Shown in pieces: positions 27,689 through 36,969 of a stretch of 64,000 bases of DNA. Origin of the DNA: Spirochaetia bacterium (GTDB lineage: Bacteria > Spirochaetota > Spirochaetia > DSM-2461); contig CAXXIA010000002.1 in assembly GCA_963666985.2 (NCBI GenBank), positions 2,272,001-2,336,000 on the forward strand, in the 5' to 3' direction. The notes under the pieces are model-generated. The model saw only the letters and a program-made list of their open reading frames with translations, was not told where the DNA came from and did not search any database. Position numbers and translations under genes: made by a program. How positions within the stretch are numbered: the first letter of the stretch is position 1; each line of letters opens with the position of its first letter.

Positions 27689-29203
27689 TTGTTTCGATTG
27701 AATGATAAGGGGAAGTGGACGAATCGATATAAAGCTCTCGGAAGCATCATCGCTGTGTTGGGGGTAGCCGGTATTGCGGGTGTTGTTACCGGAATAATCG
27801 GCCCCGGCGAAACCGGAAATGTTCCGACGGTGGTTTTCGGCGCTTTAACGGCGATTCTCGCCGCCGGCGCTTTATTGCTGCTGATTGAATATCGTAAACT
27901 CGGTTCCCGGGCCCGGGAGCTTGCCAGAAAAGTTAATCTCCACCCCGATATCTCATCCAAACAGGCTTTCTCGGATCTTGACGATGAAATCGGCCGACTC
28001 AATCTCATCGACAGGGACCATTACTTTATCCGGCTGATGAAGGATAGAAGTTCGGATCATCGTCCCATTCTCAAGGAATTGACTTTCTACGGTGTCGATT
28101 TTCCTTATGAGGGATTCATCCTTGTTTCTTTTAATGCCTGCCGCCAGCAGGCAATGAATCCTCCGCAAAACATCAGGACGCGGGATTATCTTGTTCGGGA
28201 TGTTCTTGAAAGGACGCTGCCCGAGGATTTTGTTTCGTATGTTCTGGATTTGGAAGATCTTTATATCTGTCTGTTCAACGTTCCCTATGAAGCGGAGCCC
28301 GCGGGTGTCCGAAAAATAAAGAAAGAAATGGAGGTTTATGCCCTTCGTGTCATAAAGAGGATTGATGAAAGTTTTGACCTTCACACAAGTGCTTCAGTTA
28401 GTGAGCTCCACCGGGGTTTGGAGTCACTTCCGGATGCTTTTCTTGAAGTTCAGGGATTATTTAAATACAGAAACATTACCGGCAACAACGCTTCGGTTCT
28501 GCATTATATGGCTTACTATATCAGCTTCGAGAGCTGGTATGAGTTCGGCAGCACGTATAATAAATTCGACGAAGTTCGTCAGCTGATCACCAGTATTCAG
28601 GTTGGAGACTTTGCGAATGCCAAATTGCTTATCAATGATTTATTCGAGAACGACTACTCCCGCAAATATCCTACGCTGATTCTTGCCCGCTGCAGGCTCT
28701 ACGGCGTTATCGATGCGGCCATCAATGCCATGGGACTATTGAAGGAAGAACTTGACGAGGATTTCTTAAGAGAACTGAATCCGGCAACACGGATTGTAAA
28801 CTGCAATACGTATACCGAGCTTCAGGCGGAACTTGATTCCATTTTTGACGCCATAATCGAATACTATTCCCGGAAGAAGAAGGACAGTCCCCCCGAATGG
28901 TTCGAGACCATTCAGACGTATATTGATAAACACTACAACGACATGGACATCAACGTGGCGACGATTGCGGATCATTTTAAGATCAGTTCGGCCTATTATG
29001 CCCGTGTCTTCAAGAAATACACGGGGATGTCGCCTCTGGATTATATTCATAAGCTCAGAATGCGCAGCGCGAAGCGGCTGATGGGAAAAGGCGTGAGCGT
29101 CAAAGACGCCGCCACCATCGTCGGATACGGCAGTCCCATTACGATGAGCCGTGCTTTTAAGCGTTATGAAGGCGTTACTCCGGGAAGCTACATCAAACGC
29201 TAG
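27689..29203 (+). CDS. AraC-family regulator with two N-terminal transmembrane helices
   Basis: Two hydrophobic stretches joined by a short loop; C-terminal IADHF..AYYARVFKKYTG..YI..LR..AK..VGY..F AraC HTH. Start uncertain (TTG). Confidence 0.85.
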   Translation: MFRLNDKGKWTNRYKALGSIIAVLGVAGIAGVVTGIIGPGETGNVPTVVFGALTAILAAGALLLLIEYRKLGSRARELARKVNLHPDISSKQAFSDLDDEIGRLNLIDRDHYFIRLMKDRSSDHRPILKELTFYGVDFPYEGFILVSFNACRQQAMNPPQNIRTRDYLVRDVLERTLPEDFVSYVLDLEDLYICLFNVPYEAEPAGVRKIKKEMEVYALRVIKRIDESFDLHTSASVSELHRGLESLPDAFLEVQGLFKYRNITGNNASVLHYMAYYISFESWYEFGSTYNKFDEVRQLITSIQVGDFANAKLLINDLFENDYSRKYPTLILARCRLYGVIDAAINAMGLLKEELDEDFLRELNPATRIVNCNTYTELQAELDSIFDAIIEYYSRKKKDSPPEWFETIQTYIDKHYNDMDINVATIADHFKISSAYYARVFKKYTGMSPLDYIHKLRMRSAKRLMGKGVSVKDAATIVGYGSPITMSRAFKRYEGVTPGSYIKR

Positions 29204-29210
29204 CCGAACG

Positions 29211-29243
29211 TATTAAACCGACCTTCCCATCTATAAAACCGAC
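29211..29243 (+). promoter_or_regulatory. Tandem direct repeat with 21-bp period, candidate AraC-type operator
   Basis: TATTAAACCGAC (29211) and TATAAAACCGAC (29232) upstream of the redox operon. Confidence 0.6.
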
Positions 29244-29297
29244 TCTTAAAGAAAGATCTGTATTCCAGTAGTATTTCACTTAGATAACAGGAGTTAG

Positions 29298-31394
29298 GTG
29301 TTGGACGAAATTGTATTGAGCATCGACGGCGTCGAAGTGCCATCACGGAAAGGCCAAAGCATTCTTGATGCGTCCTTGGAAGCCGGAATTTATATTCCTC
29401 ATATTTGTTCTCATCCCGATTTGTCCTCTCAGGGCGAATGCAAGCTTTGCGTGGTGGAAGTCGACGGAGAAACGAAACTCTCGTGTCGGACCGAAGTTCG
29501 GCAGGGTCTGTCGGTTACGACGAAGTCGGATCATCTGCAGCATCTGCGTGTTACGGCGCTGGAACTGATGCTGGCCGGTCATCCTCATGACTGTACGTCC
29601 TGCGTGGTGTATCTCAACTGCGAGCTCCAGGCGATGATGCAGTATCTGGGAGCCGTTCATGCCCGGATGCGGAGTGTTCACAAGAAGAATAACGCGGTTA
29701 ATACGAGAAACCCCATTATCATCCGTGAATTGGAGCGGTGCATTCAGTGCGGACGATGCGTTCGGGCCTGCGAAGAGCTTCGCGGCGTCGGAATTCTTGA
29801 ATACCGAAACAGAGACGGTGAAAGCTACATCGGAACGGCGGACGACAAGCCTTTTATGGAAGCGGATTGCCGGTTTTGCGGGGCCTGTATCGCCGTTTGC
29901 CCGACCGGCGCCCTCAGAATGGATACAAAACTCAGTTCCGAGGCCGTGCCCTGCCGTTCGGAATGCCCCGCTCACGTGGATATCCCCCGTTATGTCCGTT
30001 TCGTGAAGGAAGGCCGTTACGGCGAGGCCGCTGCCGTTGTGCGGGAAAAGGCGCCGCTGCCGCTTTCTCTCGGCTATGTCTGCAGTCATCCCTGCGAAGA
30101 GGTCTGCCGCCGGGAAGAGTTGAATCGGGCCGTTTCCATACGTGAAATCAAGCGTTTCGCCGCCGAGAACGATACGCGGGGATTCTGGAAAGAACACCAT
30201 GTGAAAAAGAGCCCGACCGGAAAAAAAGCCGCGATTATCGGCAGCGGCGCGGCCGGTCTGACGGCGGCCTATTATTTAAGTACGGCCGGACACGATGTGA
30301 CGATTTTTGAACGGCTTCCGGTTGCGGGCGGCATGATGTCCACCGGAATCCCCGAGTATCGTCTGCCGAGAAATGTCGTTCAATCCGAAATCGATGTTAT
30401 TCTTGAAAATGGCGCCCGGCTGGTTACATCGCGGAATATTGAAACGGTTGATGAGCTTTTTAACGAAGGCTTCGATGCCGTTTTGGTTGCCGTCGGCGCT
30501 TCGGTCGGTAAAAAACTCGGTTTCCCCGGTGCGGAGAACGAACAAGTTTATTCCGCCGTTGATGTTCTTCGGGCGGCATCTCTGGGAGAAAAAGTTGCTC
30601 TGGGCAATCGCGTAACCGTTCTCGGCGGAGGGAATGTGGCTTTTGATGCGGCCCGTGTCTGTGTTCGCCTCGGCGTGGAAGAGGTGAATCTTGTCTGCCT
30701 GGAACCCGAGGGGGGGATGCTGGCCGATGAAGAAGAAATCATTCAGGGAAAGGAAGAAGGCATCAACATTCTTAATTCCAAAACGACTTTGGAACTTGAA
30801 ACCGAAAACGGGAACCTGAAAGGTGTTCGGGTTATTGATGTGGCGGAATTTTCCTTCGGTCCGGGAGGAAAACTCGATTTAAAAACCGTGGAAGGTTCGG
30901 AAACCCTGATTCCTTCCGATACGGTGATTTTCGCGGTCGGCCAGAAAACGGACTTGTCGGATGATTTCGGCGTTGAATTAACGCCGTTCGGATATGCGCA
31001 AGTCGCCGAAGGTGCGTTCGCCGCAAGCCGGGAAGGCGTTTTTGCCGCCGGCGATGCCGTTACCGGAACAAAATTCGTTATTTCGGCCATAGCCGGCGGC
31101 CGGAGCGCCGCGGCGGAAATGGATCAGTTCCTGGGCGGAACGGGAGAGATCGACGAGGTGCTGGCTCCTGTTGAAATCCCCGATGGAAAAATCGGAATAC
31201 TCGAAGGTTTTTCCGCATTGCGGCGGGAAGATGTTGATTATATCGGAGCGGACGAACGGAAGGCGGGATTCGCAGAAATCAGCTGCGGCTATGATGAATG
31301 CCGGGCTCGCGATGAAGCTTCGCGATGTCTTCAGTGTGATTTGCGTCTGAATATATCAAAAACCAAGTTATGGACGGACTATATCAAGACATGA
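29298..31394 (+). CDS. Fe-S flavoprotein: NuoG/HydA-type N-terminal cluster module fused to a GltD-like NAD(P)H oxidoreductase
   Basis: IPHIC..CKLC..SC ([2Fe-2S]), HPHDCTSC..C, CIQCGRCVRAC, CRFCGACIAVCP, then PCRSECP, VCSHPCE..C, GSGAAG, GIPEYRLP, GGGNVA, GD. Start is GTG 29298 or TTG 29301. Confidence 0.85.
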   Translation: MLDEIVLSIDGVEVPSRKGQSILDASLEAGIYIPHICSHPDLSSQGECKLCVVEVDGETKLSCRTEVRQGLSVTTKSDHLQHLRVTALELMLAGHPHDCTSCVVYLNCELQAMMQYLGAVHARMRSVHKKNNAVNTRNPIIIRELERCIQCGRCVRACEELRGVGILEYRNRDGESYIGTADDKPFMEADCRFCGACIAVCPTGALRMDTKLSSEAVPCRSECPAHVDIPRYVRFVKEGRYGEAAAVVREKAPLPLSLGYVCSHPCEEVCRREELNRAVSIREIKRFAAENDTRGFWKEHHVKKSPTGKKAAIIGSGAAGLTAAYYLSTAGHDVTIFERLPVAGGMMSTGIPEYRLPRNVVQSEIDVILENGARLVTSRNIETVDELFNEGFDAVLVAVGASVGKKLGFPGAENEQVYSAVDVLRAASLGEKVALGNRVTVLGGGNVAFDAARVCVRLGVEEVNLVCLEPEGGMLADEEEIIQGKEEGINILNSKTTLELETENGNLKGVRVIDVAEFSFGPGGKLDLKTVEGSETLIPSDTVIFAVGQKTDLSDDFGVELTPFGYAQVAEGAFAASREGVFAAGDAVTGTKFVISAIAGGRSAAAEMDQFLGGTGEIDEVLAPVEIPDGKIGILEGFSALRREDVDYIGADERKAGFAEISCGYDECRARDEASRCLQCDLRLNISKTKLWTDYIKT

Positions 31395-32032
31395 TTCAGT
31401 GCGAGAAAGAAAAAATCGATTTACCCGATACATCGGAAATCCTCGAAAAGGCCGAAACGGTTTGTCCGGTGGATTGGGCCCTTGCCGTCGCGGATAAAGC
31501 ACGGCGGGAATCCTGCGGGAAATGCGTCATGTGCCGGGAAGGAACTCTTCAGCTGTATACGATCATTTCCGACATCGTGAGCGGTAAAGGTGAATCGGAC
31601 GATCCGGATTTAATCCTCGATTTGTGCGGAGTAATCGGGGAGGCGGCCGATTGTGAAATGGCCCGAGAGGCATCATCGCTGATTCGATTGTCTTTGGAAA
31701 CGCACAGAGACGATTGGAACGCGCATATTCTGCGCAAGCGCTGCCCCGCTCTGGTTTGTTCCGCGTATATCACCATCGCCGTTAAGCCCGATCTCTGTAA
31801 AGGTTCCGGAGAGTGTGCCAAGGTTTGTCCGGAAAATGCCATAGCCGGTTCCGAGGGATTGATTCATGTGGTGGATGCGGCCCTCTGTACGCGGTGCGGG
31901 GCCTGTATCGAGGCGTGTCCCCATGGAGCGGTGGGAAAATTCGGAGTCGTTGTTCCGAAAACACCGGATAAACCTGTTCCGGTCGGTTCTTTCGAGGGGG
32001 CTCCCGCGGGACGCCGAAGGCGGCGGGGGTAA
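31391..32032 (+). CDS. NuoF/HydB C-terminal [4Fe-4S] domain plus dicluster ferredoxin-type domain
   Basis: ESCGKCVMCREG..C, then CKGSGECAKVCP and CTRCGACIEACP. ATGA overlap with the upstream gene. Confidence 0.85.
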   Translation: MIQCEKEKIDLPDTSEILEKAETVCPVDWALAVADKARRESCGKCVMCREGTLQLYTIISDIVSGKGESDDPDLILDLCGVIGEAADCEMAREASSLIRLSLETHRDDWNAHILRKRCPALVCSAYITIAVKPDLCKGSGECAKVCPENAIAGSEGLIHVVDAALCTRCGACIEACPHGAVGKFGVVVPKTPDKPVPVGSFEGAPAGRRRRRG

Positions 32033-32150
32033 TGGTTTTCGGACTTCGTCGGCAGCGTGCAATTCTGACCGTTGGATGTACAATTTTGACGGTTGCGGCT
32101 TTTTTCAGCACCTGCTGAGATAGATATTACACATTACAAGGAATAAAAAT

Positions 32151-33668
32151 ATGAAGATGGAAGCAGATGTCGTCGTTATCGCCGCAGGAGCCTCCGGCAT
32201 CGCCGCGGCGGTAGCCGCCGCGGAAAAAGAGGCCAGTGTCGTTGTTTTTGAAAAAGGAAGCACCACAGGCGGCGCCGCCAGCATGGGAATGGGCTTCTTC
32301 GCGGTTGAATCGAAATATCAGAAGAATCAAATGATTCCCCTCACGGTGGACGAAGCCTTTAAAACATTCATGGAATATACCCATTGGCAGGTTGACGGCC
32401 GTCTGGTGCGCAAGTACTTCGGTCAATCGGCCGGCACCGTCGAATGGGTGGAAAGCATGGGCGTGGAATTCCTGGGTGCCTATAAGTATTTCAAGGATTC
32501 CCTCCAAACATGGCATGTCATCAAAGCGTTCGGCAGCAATAGGCCTTCCGAGCGCGGAGCCTCGGTTATGTTCAAAGCCCTGACCGACAGGGCCGTGGAA
32601 TTGGGTGTGGAAATCAAATTCCACACTCCGGCCCATAAGATTCTGACCAATCCCGATACCGGCCGGGTAACCGGTGTTCTGGCCAAAGACGCCGACGGTA
32701 ACGAGATTGAATGCGAGTGCGATACCGTTATCGTCTGCACAGGCGGTTTCGGAGACAATCCGAAGCTGATTAAGGATAAGATCGGTTTTGATTGGGGAAA
32801 GGATCTTTTCTCCTTCCGTATCCCCGGAAACGTGGGCGACGGCCTGAACATGATGTGGAACATCGGCGGCGGAAAAACACCGGTCAATATCGAAATGACC
32901 TACAACAGCCCCGGACTGACCGACATTTTCAAAACCCTGAGCGAAACCATGCGTCAGCCCAACCTTCTGGTGAACCTGGAAGGAAAGAGATTCTGCAACG
33001 AAGAAATCATGAACAACACAACCTTTACGGGAAATGCCGTCAGCCGGCAGACTCAGAGAAAGGGCTTCACGATTATCACCGATGAGATTCTTGATGATTA
33101 CCGAAAGAACGGTCTGGATTTCATTACCGTGCACCACAACATTAAAACCGTGGACAAATGGGACGAGGAACTGAAAACATACCTGAGCGGCGAGAAAGCC
33201 GAAGCCTCGGGACTCAGCCTTCTTCATGACGAGGAAGAGAATGAATCGGTTCTTTGGGAAGCCGACAGTCTTGAAGAACTGTGTGAAAAAACCGGTATCA
33301 ATCTTAAGAATCTGAAAGCCACCATCGAGGAATACAATTCTTATGCCGGTACCCGGGATATGCAGTTCAACAAGCATCCCAAATACATGCGGGCCATCAA
33401 GGGGAAGAAATTCTACGCCGTGGCCCACAGGCCCTGCGGATACGGAACTCTCGGCGGCATCAAAGTGAATGACGATCTTCAGGTTCTCCGCGACGACGGG
33501 AGTCCGATTCCCGGACTCTATTCCGCCGGAACCGACGCCTGTAATATTTTCGGCGACAGCTACTGTTTCATCATGCCGGGAAACACCATGGGCTGGGCGA
33601 TCAATTCCGGAAGAATGGCCGGATACAACGCCGTAGATTATCTCGATTCCGATGATTTTGTAGAGTAG
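32151..33668 (+). CDS. FAD-dependent oxidoreductase, flavocytochrome c / fumarate reductase / 3-ketosteroid dehydrogenase superfamily
   Basis: DVVVIAAGASG, EK..TTGG, CTGGFG, GDG, VNLEGKRFCNE, GTLGGI, IPGLYSAG, WAINSGRMAG. Confidence 0.88.
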   Translation: MKMEADVVVIAAGASGIAAAVAAAEKEASVVVFEKGSTTGGAASMGMGFFAVESKYQKNQMIPLTVDEAFKTFMEYTHWQVDGRLVRKYFGQSAGTVEWVESMGVEFLGAYKYFKDSLQTWHVIKAFGSNRPSERGASVMFKALTDRAVELGVEIKFHTPAHKILTNPDTGRVTGVLAKDADGNEIECECDTVIVCTGGFGDNPKLIKDKIGFDWGKDLFSFRIPGNVGDGLNMMWNIGGGKTPVNIEMTYNSPGLTDIFKTLSETMRQPNLLVNLEGKRFCNEEIMNNTTFTGNAVSRQTQRKGFTIITDEILDDYRKNGLDFITVHHNIKTVDKWDEELKTYLSGEKAEASGLSLLHDEEENESVLWEADSLEELCEKTGINLKNLKATIEEYNSYAGTRDMQFNKHPKYMRAIKGKKFYAVAHRPCGYGTLGGIKVNDDLQVLRDDGSPIPGLYSAGTDACNIFGDSYCFIMPGNTMGWAINSGRMAGYNAVDYLDSDDFVE

Positions 33669-33676
33669 GAACGCTG

Positions 33677-35611
33677 ATGAAAGCATACCGCTATCCCAAT
33701 CTTCTGAAGCCCATCAAGATAGGAAAAGTGACATTCCGGAATCGGATTTTCACCGCGCCGACGGGTCTGCACGCCGTTCAGGCGGAAGAACCGTATCCCA
33801 CCGAAGCGGCCATCGTTCATTTCGCCAACAGGGCCAAGGGCGGCGCAGGCTGTGTTACCTGCGGCGGCGTCAGTATTTTCCCCAGGAAAAAAGACGACGG
33901 TCACGCCACTTGGGATGTGTATGAGAAGTCGAATGTCCATGTCTTGGCCCAGTTGGCCGAGAGTATTCATTTCCACGGCGCCAAGGCTTCCATGGAGCTC
34001 GGAGTGGCGGGAGTCGTCGGCGGTGAGTACGGCGCCAGCGACGGCATTATTCTCATGGCGGGAAATCCCGCCAAGGAAATGCCCGTATCCGAAATGAATC
34101 GGATTGCCGACGGCTATGCCGCGTCCGCCTCCGGCTGCAGGGCCGCCGGATTCGACATGATTATGCTCCATTTCGGTCACGGGCTCCTGGTGGGGCAATT
34201 CATCTCTCCGCTGACCAACCGCCGAACCGACGAATACGGGGGAAGCGCCGAGAACCGCGCCCGATTCCCGATGATGATTATCGATCGGATTCGGGAGAAA
34301 GTCGGCCGGGATCTGCTGATCGAAGTCCGCATCAGCGGAGCCGAACACGTCCCCGGCGGGATTACAATTGAGGATGCCATTGAATTCACGAAGCTGATCG
34401 AGGATAAGGTGGACCTTATTCACGTGTCCGCCGGTGTTCACAATCCGGACTATATGACCGTGGTGCATCCCTGCGGATTCCGTCCGCATATGCCCAATCT
34501 TCCTTTGGCCGAAGCCATGAAAAAATCGGGAGTGAAAATCCCCGTGGTAACGATCGGCGGTATCCAGGAACTCGGCAGCGCCGAGGCCGCATTGGCCGAC
34601 GGCAAGGCGGATATCGTCTCCGTCGCCCGCGGATTCATCGCGGATACGAATTTGGGCAACAAAGCCTACCGCGGCGAGGGTGAGGATGTGCGGCCCTGCA
34701 TCAAGTGCATGCGGTGCCATGACAGCGTTGTTTGGGAATATCACTATTCCTGTACGGTGAACCCGGAAATCGGATTCGAACATCGGCTTCCGCTGTTGGT
34801 GGAACCGCCCAAAGCGAAAAGGAATATCGCCGTCGTCGGCGGAGGTCCCGCCGGAATGCAGGCGGTTCTGACGCTGATTTCCAGGGGACATGAGGTAACT
34901 CTTTATGAAGCCGAAGATGTTCTCGGCGGAACCTTGAACTTTTCCGAAAAGGTCGATTTTAAAAGGGATTTAAGGCGCTATAAAGATTACATGGCGGACC
35001 GGGTTCTTCAATCCGGCGCGACCGTGAAGCTGAACACCCGCGTCGACGCGAAATTTTTGAACGCCGCGGGTCATGATGTGGTTATCGGAGCCTTGGGATC
35101 GTCTCCTCTTGTTCCTCCCATCCCCGGTATCGATAATGACCATGTGGTTATGGCGCTGGATTCCTATGGTGCCGAAGATCGGCTCGGGGACGAGGTTCTC
35201 GTATTGGGAGGCGGACAGGTCGGCAGTGAGACGGCCCTCCATCTTGCCCGCATGGGTAGAAAGGTAACCTTGCTGGAAATGAGAAGCGGTATTGTTCTGG
35301 ACGCTTCCGAAACCCACAAGGGAGAGATGATCTTTGAAATTAAAAACAATGAGAATATTACCGTTTTAACCTCGGCCCGCTGTACTTCCATCGGTAAGGA
35401 TTCGGTTACGTATGCCGATGCGGAAGGAGAGGAGAAAACCGTCTTCGCGCCGAGCGTTATTGTCGCCGTTGGAATGGTTTCCGCCGAAAAGGATGCCGAA
35501 GCCTTAAGGCAGGCTCTTGATTGCGAGTTTTATTCCATAGGTGATTGTCAAAGGGTCGGAACCGTGGAGAGCGCCACAAAGAGCGCTTACTATTTGGCGG
35601 TCCGACTTTAA
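33677..35611 (+). CDS. NADH:flavin oxidoreductase (OYE + [4Fe-4S] + FAD; BaiCD/H-like architecture)
   Basis: AGFDMIMLHFGHG, QFISP, NRRTDEYGGS, CIKCMRC..CTVNP, GGGPAG, GGGQVGSE. Confidence 0.9.
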   Translation: MKAYRYPNLLKPIKIGKVTFRNRIFTAPTGLHAVQAEEPYPTEAAIVHFANRAKGGAGCVTCGGVSIFPRKKDDGHATWDVYEKSNVHVLAQLAESIHFHGAKASMELGVAGVVGGEYGASDGIILMAGNPAKEMPVSEMNRIADGYAASASGCRAAGFDMIMLHFGHGLLVGQFISPLTNRRTDEYGGSAENRARFPMMIIDRIREKVGRDLLIEVRISGAEHVPGGITIEDAIEFTKLIEDKVDLIHVSAGVHNPDYMTVVHPCGFRPHMPNLPLAEAMKKSGVKIPVVTIGGIQELGSAEAALADGKADIVSVARGFIADTNLGNKAYRGEGEDVRPCIKCMRCHDSVVWEYHYSCTVNPEIGFEHRLPLLVEPPKAKRNIAVVGGGPAGMQAVLTLISRGHEVTLYEAEDVLGGTLNFSEKVDFKRDLRRYKDYMADRVLQSGATVKLNTRVDAKFLNAAGHDVVIGALGSSPLVPPIPGIDNDHVVMALDSYGAEDRLGDEVLVLGGGQVGSETALHLARMGRKVTLLEMRSGIVLDASETHKGEMIFEIKNNENITVLTSARCTSIGKDSVTYADAEGEEKTVFAPSVIVAVGMVSAEKDAEALRQALDCEFYSIGDCQRVGTVESATKSAYYLAVRL

Positions 35612-35633
35612 TAGAAGAAGGAGTTTTATTAGT

Positions 35634-36836
35634 ATGATATCTCAATCACGCCGGGGCTGGATTGTGCTCTGGGCGGCGGTGATCCTTAATTTTTTCATCG
35701 GTCTGGGGTATATCTGGAGCATTATCGCCAAGCAGCTTATTGAACAGCTGCATTGGACGAGCGTTCAGGCATCCCTTCCGTATACCGTTTTTTCCATTAT
35801 GTTCGCCGTTTCCATGATGCTTTCGGGCCCCATCCAAGATAGAAAAGGACCGCGTTTCAGCTCGACGCTCGGCGGTCTTCTGATCGGCGGCGGACTTATT
35901 CTTACCGGATTCGCCCTGAAGCCTTCCCTGATGGTTCTGACTTTCGGACTGATCACCGGAACCGGTTTGGGCTCGATGTATTCCGCGACGGTTCCGCCGG
36001 CTTTGAAGTGGTTCCCGCCCGAGAAGAAAGGCACCATTAACGGAGCTATCGTGGCGGTTTTGGCTTTGGCGTCCATTATGTATTCTCCCGTTGCCAAGAC
36101 GCTCATGGAGAATATGGGCATCGCTCCCACCTTCTGGATTATAGGCGGAGTGCTTATTGTTATTCTTACAGGGACTTCACAGCTGCTCTGTAATCCTCCC
36201 GAAGGGTATCAATTCGCTTCCGAATCCGGATCGCCGGCCGCCGTTACCGCCGTTGTGGAGCAGGGACCGCGGGAAATGCTCAAAAGCGGCGACTTCTATA
36301 AGATTTGGTTCATGTTCGCCCTTTCCGCGTCTTCCAGTCTCATGGTTGTCGGGCATATCGCGAACATTGCCAAGAGTCAGGCCGGCTGGAACGGCGGGTT
36401 CATCCTGGTGATTCTTCTGGCGCTGTGCAACGGCGCCGGTCGCTTTTTTCTCGGCGGATATCTTTCCGACAAACTGGGCCGCGGAAATCTGATGCGGCTG
36501 ACGTTTATTCTTCAGGCCGTCAACATGCTCCTGTTCATGTTCTACAGAAGTCCGCTTCTGCTGATTATCGGCGTCGCCGTGGCCGGACTGTGCTACGGCT
36601 CCACGATGGTTGTCTTCTCGGCGGCCACCGCGGATAAATGGGGCATGAAGAACTTCGGCGCGAATTACGGAATCGTCTTCATGGCCTGGGGACTCGCCGG
36701 GGTTGTCGGGCCTTTGCCGAGTGCGTTCATCTTCGACGCAACCGGCAGCTATACGGGCGCCTTTTTGATCTCCGGCGTTCTGGTGATTGTCTCTTTGATT
36801 CTGGCTTTTACCTATAAAGCATCCGATAAAGGTTAA
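35634..36836 (+). CDS. MFS transporter, oxalate:formate antiporter (OFA)/monocarboxylate type
   Basis: GLGYIWS, GPIQDRKGPR, KWFP..KG, NGAGR, SDKLGR, FGANYG. Confidence 0.88.
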   Translation: MISQSRRGWIVLWAAVILNFFIGLGYIWSIIAKQLIEQLHWTSVQASLPYTVFSIMFAVSMMLSGPIQDRKGPRFSSTLGGLLIGGGLILTGFALKPSLMVLTFGLITGTGLGSMYSATVPPALKWFPPEKKGTINGAIVAVLALASIMYSPVAKTLMENMGIAPTFWIIGGVLIVILTGTSQLLCNPPEGYQFASESGSPAAVTAVVEQGPREMLKSGDFYKIWFMFALSASSSLMVVGHIANIAKSQAGWNGGFILVILLALCNGAGRFFLGGYLSDKLGRGNLMRLTFILQAVNMLLFMFYRSPLLLIIGVAVAGLCYGSTMVVFSAATADKWGMKNFGANYGIVFMAWGLAGVVGPLPSAFIFDATGSYTGAFLISGVLVIVSLILAFTYKASDKG

Positions 36837-36865
36837 AAATCCCGTTTCCCGATTCGCCGAATAAG

Positions 36866-36900
36866 CCTGCGGGACCCGAATGGGTCCCGCGGGTGTTTAT
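36866..36900 (+). terminator. Terminator hairpin after the OFA transporter
   Basis: CCTGCGGGACCC-GAAT-GGGTCCCGCGGG followed by TGTTTAT. Confidence 0.65.
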
Positions 36901-36905
36901 AACCC

Positions 36906-36966
36906 TTGACATCGGGTTATTCTCGATTGTATACATAGTATAACGTTATACTAAAACGTTATACTA
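36906..36966 (+). promoter_or_regulatory. Sigma70-like promoter with LacI-type operator
   Basis: TTGACA at 36906; perfect palindrome TAGTATAACGTTATACTA (36936-36953, central CG); repeated AACGTTATACTA at 36955-36966. Confidence 0.7.
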
Positions 36967-36969
36967 ACA

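Noticed and set aside
29298..32032. [FeFe]-hydrogenase, formate dehydrogenase, complex I or glutamate synthase
   Set aside because: No H-cluster motifs, molybdopterin domain, NuoF FMN domain, membrane subunits or gltB.
32151..33668. Fumarate reductase / succinate dehydrogenase flavoprotein
   Set aside because: Substrate-binding His/Arg motifs, the covalent-FAD His segment and partner subunits are not seen.
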